Positions 58,695-64,000 of a DNA stretch of 64,000 nt are shown here, one piece after another. Made by a program: the position numbers and the translations under genes. The notes under the pieces were generated by a model, which saw only the letters and a list, made by a program, of their open reading frames with translations, was not told the origin of the DNA and searched no databases. Origin of the DNA: a virus; the IMG/VR virus record IMGVR_UViG_3300023184_000035, positions 64,001 to 128,000 of that record; one strand, written 5' to 3'. Each line of letters begins with the position of its first letter. Position 1 is the first letter of the stretch.

Positions 58695-61600
58695 ATGTCA
58701 AAACACGTTATTATCGAAAGTTACGGATTAAACCCAGCCACTAAAACGGTCACAGTCACCGGCAAAAACATCCGCAAAGAACAACTGCTGTTGATCACCA
58801 ACGTAACTGCCAATGCCAGTTATCAAGGCACAGTGATCTACAATTTCTCAGATCCCAATCTTGGTGCCACATCATACACCACCAGTGTCAGTACCGACAC
58901 TGGCCTAGAAACCACAACCGTTGTGTTGAGTTACAACACAGCGTCAATGTTGAGCACAGACAAACTGGCCATCATGACCGAGGAAAGTTATCAGGAAATC
59001 ATGCCGGATGAAACCCTGCGCGATCCCGTGGACAAACTGCGTGTGAGCACACCACAGGCCTTGATTGACACTGACTTTGAATACGGTTTACAGCCCACCA
59101 AATGGGAACAGCTGAACCTGTTGAACAATCGTCCCACAGGGTTTTATGATGTTACCTCACCTGCCACAATTTCCAACGTGGCTGCGTCAGGCAACACTGT
59201 CACCGTCACAGGCAGCATTGCTACTTTTACCGCCACCATTGCCACCAACACCCTGACTGTGACTGCTTTGAGCTCAGGCCTAATAGGCAACGGCATGGTC
59301 ATCACCGGTGCAGGTGTCACTGGCAACTCTGTAGTCACCGCTTTAACTGGCAATTCGTCAGGCGGCATTGGCACATACACCTTGAGTCAAAGCAGCACTG
59401 TAATCAGTCCAGTCACAATGACAGCTACACCGGCCACAGGCACACCGGTGTTTGTGCAAGGCACCCTTGACACCAACTACGCAGACGGTTGGTGGACTGT
59501 GCAGACCAGTTCGGGCACTGCATTCACCTATCAAACCTTGGTCAATCCTGCTGCTGCCTTGTATGATTCACAGAAAACTTATGTGTTCCCTGGTGCTTGG
59601 TTCACCGGTGCTGTGTATCCCATGGCTGCTGGCAACATTTCCAACGTGGGCAATGTGCTCACCATTACCACAACTTACAATCATGGTCTACGTGTGGGTG
59701 ACGGCGTGGCCATTGCCAACGTCACTGCATCGGCCAATGCGCCCAACGGACCATTCACTGTGGTGGCAACTCCCACCACAAACACATTCACAGTGAACAC
59801 AGCCAACACTCCTGGCACCAGCATCACTGCCACAGCCAACAACAGCATTTTCCCAAGACCCCTGGGCTACACACAACAACGTGCGTTTGACGGTGGTGTG
59901 CAGTTCACAAACTTGGTGCCATATCATGGTTATCAAGTGATTCGCCAAACTCGACGATACTTCCGTTATCAGTCTGGCAAAGGTATTCAGTTCTCAACAG
60001 GCAGTATTTTAAAACCTGCCTTGTCCCTGACCACAATGACCAGTTCAGGCACCACTGTCACAGTATCTTGCCAACAACCACACGGCTTGTTGCCCGGAGC
60101 AGGTATCAAGGTTGTGGGTGCTGCACAGACCGCCTACAACGGCACAGGCACAGCAGGTGGCAGCACTTACACAGTGGTCACAGTGCCCACACCCAGTAGT
60201 TTCACATACACTGCTGACTCAACTCCTTCGGCCAGTCCAGCCACATCCTCATCAGCAGGCAACACAGGTATTATTGTGAGTCCCACGGCCTGGTATGGCA
60301 GCAGCAACAGACTGGGCATGTTTGACAGCCAAAACGGTTTTTACTTTGAATTTGACGGACAAACCCTGTATGCTGTGAGACGCAGCAGTACCACTCAGTT
60401 GTCAGGCCTGGTCACTGCCACCAATGGTTCAGATTCCATCACTGGCAGCAACACCAAATTCAGCACACAGCTCACTTCGGGTGATTTCGTTGTTATTCGT
60501 GGACAAAGTTACATTGTCAACGCCATCATTAGTGACACATCAATGACTATAAGTCCTGAGTATCGTGGTGCCACCACAGTGGCCAACAGCACTCAGATCA
60601 GCAAGACCATCAACACTAGAACTGCGCAGAGCAGTTTCAACATTGACAAAGTGGATGGCACAGGTGCCAGTTTGTTCAATCTGGACTTGACCAAGATGCA
60701 GATGTTCTACGCTGACTATTCTTGGTACGGTGCTGGTGCCATCAGATACGGATTTAAAAACAACCGCGGTGAAGTCATATACTGCCATCGCATGCCCAAC
60801 AACAACTTGAACACCGAAGCATTCATGCGTTCAGGTAACTTGCCGTCGCGCTATGAGACCAATACCTTGCCAATATACACAGCGTTGACTGCTTCTGTGA
60901 GCAGTGCGCTGACCACAGGTGCCACAATCAGCGTGGCAGATGCCAGCACATTTCCCTTGGCTGGCAACATACGCATAGTTGAAAGCAAAGCCACAGGTGG
61001 CAATGTGGAAATCATCAACTATTCCACACGAAGCAACACTGTGTTGACTATTGGTTCAGCAGGCACAGCAGGACGTGCGGTGACTGGCGGCGCAACAACA
61101 GCACAGACATTCACTTATTCAGCCACATCACCCACAGCGGTAGAATTGTACAGTCCGCAAACTGCCAGCACAATCAGTCACTGGGGATCATCAGTCATCA
61201 TGGACGGACGCTACGACGATGACCGATCATTTGTGTTCTCGGTGGGTTCTTTGGCTCCTGTTGCCAACGTGGCACAGAACGTGCGACAGCCTATCATGAG
61301 TGTTAGATTGGCACCCAGTGTGGACAACGGCCTAACTGGTCTGATTGGTGTGCGTGAGATTTTGAATCGCATGCAGTTGACACCGCGTGGTATTGACTGT
61401 TACACTTCAGGCACTGCTTACCGCATTGACTTGTTGTTGAATGCTAGACTCAGCGGGGGCACCTGGACCAGCGTGGGCGGATCCAGCTTGGCACAGTACA
61501 TATTCCACACTGCTGGACAAACAGCCGCAGCCGGTGAGGTTATCTACTCATTCTTTACCAACACAGGATCAGCCACCAGTCAAGACTTGGCCTTGGTGCG

Positions 61601-61772
61601 TGACATTGGCACCAGTATTTTGAGTGGTGGTAATACCACCACTGCCAGCGTGACTCAGGCCAATTTGTATCCAGATGGACCGGACGTGCTGACTGTTTGC
61701 GCTACCAATATCACTGCAACTGGCACCAATACCATCAACAGTCGTTTGAGTTGGACAGAAGCACAGGCATAA
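58695..61772 (+). CDS. Large virion structural protein
   Basis: LLLITNVT..VIYNFSDP; DPVDKLRVS; RQTRRYFRYQSGK. Confidence 0.75.
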   Translation: MSKHVIIESYGLNPATKTVTVTGKNIRKEQLLLITNVTANASYQGTVIYNFSDPNLGATSYTTSVSTDTGLETTTVVLSYNTASMLSTDKLAIMTEESYQEIMPDETLRDPVDKLRVSTPQALIDTDFEYGLQPTKWEQLNLLNNRPTGFYDVTSPATISNVAASGNTVTVTGSIATFTATIATNTLTVTALSSGLIGNGMVITGAGVTGNSVVTALTGNSSGGIGTYTLSQSSTVISPVTMTATPATGTPVFVQGTLDTNYADGWWTVQTSSGTAFTYQTLVNPAAALYDSQKTYVFPGAWFTGAVYPMAAGNISNVGNVLTITTTYNHGLRVGDGVAIANVTASANAPNGPFTVVATPTTNTFTVNTANTPGTSITATANNSIFPRPLGYTQQRAFDGGVQFTNLVPYHGYQVIRQTRRYFRYQSGKGIQFSTGSILKPALSLTTMTSSGTTVTVSCQQPHGLLPGAGIKVVGAAQTAYNGTGTAGGSTYTVVTVPTPSSFTYTADSTPSASPATSSSAGNTGIIVSPTAWYGSSNRLGMFDSQNGFYFEFDGQTLYAVRRSSTTQLSGLVTATNGSDSITGSNTKFSTQLTSGDFVVIRGQSYIVNAIISDTSMTISPEYRGATTVANSTQISKTINTRTAQSSFNIDKVDGTGASLFNLDLTKMQMFYADYSWYGAGAIRYGFKNNRGEVIYCHRMPNNNLNTEAFMRSGNLPSRYETNTLPIYTALTASVSSALTTGATISVADASTFPLAGNIRIVESKATGGNVEIINYSTRSNTVLTIGSAGTAGRAVTGGATTAQTFTYSATSPTAVELYSPQTASTISHWGSSVIMDGRYDDDRSFVFSVGSLAPVANVAQNVRQPIMSVRLAPSVDNGLTGLIGVREILNRMQLTPRGIDCYTSGTAYRIDLLLNARLSGGTWTSVGGSSLAQYIFHTAGQTAAAGEVIYSFFTNTGSATSQDLALVRDIGTSILSGGNTTTASVTQANLYPDGPDVLTVCATNITATGTNTINSRLSWTEAQA

Positions 61773-61799
61773 CCGGCATAACAAGGATAACAATAAAAA

Positions 61800-62876
61800 A
61801 TGTCAACACAAGTACAATTTAGACGTGGCACCGCAGCAGAAAACAATGCTTTTACCGGAGCATTGGCCGAAGTCACGGTCAACACCACTGACAATACCTT
61901 GCGTGTGCATGATGGCGTCACTGTTGGTGGATTCACCATGGTTGGACTTGCTGCCACACAAACGTTGACCAACAAAACTCTGACCAGTGCTGTGCTGACC
62001 ACTCCCAATATTGGTGTGGCCACAGGTACCAGTTTCAGTGCAACAGGTGCCATCAACACTGCCACCACTGTGAGTGCCACAGGCAACATCACAGGTGGTA
62101 ATGTCAACACTGGTGGAACAATATCTTCCACAGGCAACATTGTTACCAGTGGGTTCTTTGTGGGCAACTTCTCATCAGGCACAAATTTAACGCTGGGCAA
62201 TGTCACACTGGGCAACATTATCAATGTCAATGCCAGCGGCACAGGCAACATTGGCAACACCACTGGATATTTCAACAGTGCATTTGTGCAAAATATCACA
62301 TCTGTCACGGTCAGTGCCACAGGAAACGTCAACGCAGCCAACGTGAACATAACTGGCACAGCCGCTGCCGGTTCAGGTGTGTTGATTGTGTCTGGTAACA
62401 TACAAACTACCACAGCCAACAACACTTCAAACATTGGCAATGTCAGCAACTATTTCAACACAATACATGCCAAAGCCACCACAGCACAATACGCTGACGT
62501 TGCAGAATTGTATACAGCCGACGCTGCCTATGCTCCTGGCACAGTGTTGATATTTGGTGGTGAACAGGAAGTCACTGCCAATATCACCAGTCACAGCACT
62601 GCAACAGCAGGAGTAGTTAGTAAAAACCCCAGCCATTTGATGAATGCTGGTCTACAGAGTGATTATGTTGTGGCAGTAGCACTGTTGGGGCGAGTATCAT
62701 GCCAAGTGCAAGGCACAATTCACAAAGGTGAGTTGCTGGTGGCCAGTGACACCACAGGTGTTGCACAACGACTAGATCCTGCACAATATCAACCTGGTTG
62801 CATAATTGGCAAGAGTTTGGAAAACTATGACAGCACCACTGTGGGCATGATTGAAGTTGCTGTGGGTGTCAAGTAA
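61800..62876 (+). CDS. Fibre protein with a C-terminal intramolecular-chaperone-like domain
   Basis: QVQFRRGT; YADVAELY...PGTV..GVVS.NP..VALLGRV...IIGKSLE. Confidence 0.75.
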   Translation: MSTQVQFRRGTAAENNAFTGALAEVTVNTTDNTLRVHDGVTVGGFTMVGLAATQTLTNKTLTSAVLTTPNIGVATGTSFSATGAINTATTVSATGNITGGNVNTGGTISSTGNIVTSGFFVGNFSSGTNLTLGNVTLGNIINVNASGTGNIGNTTGYFNSAFVQNITSVTVSATGNVNAANVNITGTAAAGSGVLIVSGNIQTTTANNTSNIGNVSNYFNTIHAKATTAQYADVAELYTADAAYAPGTVLIFGGEQEVTANITSHSTATAGVVSKNPSHLMNAGLQSDYVVAVALLGRVSCQVQGTIHKGELLVASDTTGVAQRLDPAQYQPGCIIGKSLENYDSTTVGMIEVAVGVK

Positions 62877-63392
62877 TCAGCGAATCCACTCGCAGTAGAT
62901 TCTGTTGTTTGAATCCTGTTGCATGTCTGCTACCCAAAATCCAAACTGACCAGCATATTGGGTCAACAGTTCTGGTGTCCATAAAAAGAAATCAATCTCT
63001 CTGCACTGCTCATTGCCATGATCCTGACGTCCAGGATTGCAACGCCAGTAGATTCTAGCATGCGGAGTCAACAACTTGGTCACACATTCAATTTGTTGTA
63101 GTATGGTCTCTTCTGTGCCAAAGTTTATACTGCCCAAACAAAAAGCCACATTGAAATGAATATTTGATTTAAATTCTTCAATGGTGCATTGGTAGTCAGC
63201 AGAATCAAACGCAGGGTCAATTCCGGTCAAATTGGCAATACGCCCACGAAACGGATTTGGACCACAACCTATGTCTATCACTGATTCTCCAAGTTTTATC
63301 TTTTTACACAACGCCCATCCAGAATACTCATATTGGTCTATGTTTGAGTGCCAATGTGTGCTGAAATATTTGTCCAGGGTGTGTTGATCCAT
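62877..63392 (-). CDS. Class I SAM-dependent methyltransferase
   Basis: VIDIGCG, GIDP, FCLGSINF. Confidence 0.8.
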   Translation of the reverse strand: MDQHTLDKYFSTHWHSNIDQYEYSGWALCKKIKLGESVIDIGCGPNPFRGRIANLTGIDPAFDSADYQCTIEEFKSNIHFNVAFCLGSINFGTEETILQQIECVTKLLTPHARIYWRCNPGRQDHGNEQCREIDFFLWTPELLTQYAGQFGFWVADMQQDSNNRIYCEWIR

Positions 63393-63408
63393 ATAATTAA
63401 TTATACAC
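63393..63408. promoter_or_regulatory. Palindromic bidirectional promoter, TAATTA core
   Basis: 16-nt divergent gap; TAATTA (63398-63403) is 5 nt from each ATG. Confidence 0.55.
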
Positions 63409-63984
63409 ATGCTTCCCAACAGAATATTTTTAACAGGCGTACCTGGTTCACGCTGGTCAGGTATTGCACAGACCCTGGAGTCTATTCCTGAGTTCAACAC
63501 AAGTGATCGCACACCCGAGCGCACATATACACATCACAGTTATACCGGACACCAAGGTGCATACTTTGGACCAGGCATGGAACTGGAATGTAAATTAAAT
63601 GACCAGTACATTGATGCAGCCTGGACTGAACCTGGCGGCACACGATTAGTCAAAAGTCATGACTGGGCCTATGTATTGCCACAAGTTGAGCATTACTTTC
63701 CCAAGGACTGGATCATGTTGGTGTATCGTCCAGACATGGCAAGTTATGCCTGGTGGCACGAAGCTGGCGGGTTTCAGATCAAGTATCCTTGCTATGATGC
63801 TTACCAGGACAGCACAGGCATGCTGGCAGCCATCACAAGACAAAATCAGTGCATACTTGAATATGCACACCGTAAGAATGCCACTTGGCATCACTTTACT
63901 CCTGAGTGGGTCAAAAGTACATTTGGACATCAAGTTGAAATTAAAAAGACTTTTCCAGATATTTTAGTAACGGTGTTTAAATGA
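63409..63984 (+). CDS. P-loop sulfotransferase-like protein
   Basis: IFLTGVPGSRWSG, VKSH, LVYRP. Confidence 0.55.
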   Translation: MLPNRIFLTGVPGSRWSGIAQTLESIPEFNTSDRTPERTYTHHSYTGHQGAYFGPGMELECKLNDQYIDAAWTEPGGTRLVKSHDWAYVLPQVEHYFPKDWIMLVYRPDMASYAWWHEAGGFQIKYPCYDAYQDSTGMLAAITRQNQCILEYAHRKNATWHHFTPEWVKSTFGHQVEIKKTFPDILVTVFK

Positions 63985-64000
63985 GAGATCATGTTTGGTA

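Noticed and set aside
1-64000. Stop-codon reassignment as in some large phages
   Set aside because: Genes tile densely in code 11, and TAG, TGA and TAA all end plausible genes

Overview
This 64 kb window comes from a large, lytic, T4-like (jumbo-type) tailed phage using the standard genetic code. A proteobacterial host is inferred from the ErpA-, IF-1- and PBP7-like genes. About 1-32.8 kb is an accessory/early region of small ORFs behind near-consensus sigma70 promoters. It also carries two ClpP paralogs, radical SAM enzymes, a metallophosphoesterase, an S11 peptidase, a TylF-like methyltransferase, NadE, a SleB-like hydrolase, an Hc1-like protein, IF-1, Fe/Mn SOD and ErpA. The spans 33-44.7 kb and 52.6-62.9 kb are virion fibre/baseplate genes rich in GNITGGN repeats. 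The span 44.8-52.6 kb holds replication and chaperone genes (DnaE fragment, GroES, clamp loader, HAD nucleotidase, PhoH). The best leads are: (i) a separately promoted DGQHR/ParB-like + GIY-YIG + HNH cassette resembling a split GmrSD-type nuclease; (ii) two large, strongly base-paired intergenic RNAs at 14.9-15.1 kb and 26.1-26.4 kb, the second with a predicted pseudoknot and directly upstream of a cell-wall hydrolase; (iii) an expanded family of small 'F-x-L-R-W' proteins whose conserved 3' end doubles as the next gene's RBS; (iv) a SOD and a nuclease-like protein with capsid-targeting-like leaders; (v) apparently leaderless transcription, including a symmetric bidirectional promoter. All calls come from motif recognition by eye; no searches were run. 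No tRNA, rRNA, CRISPR array or integrase was seen.
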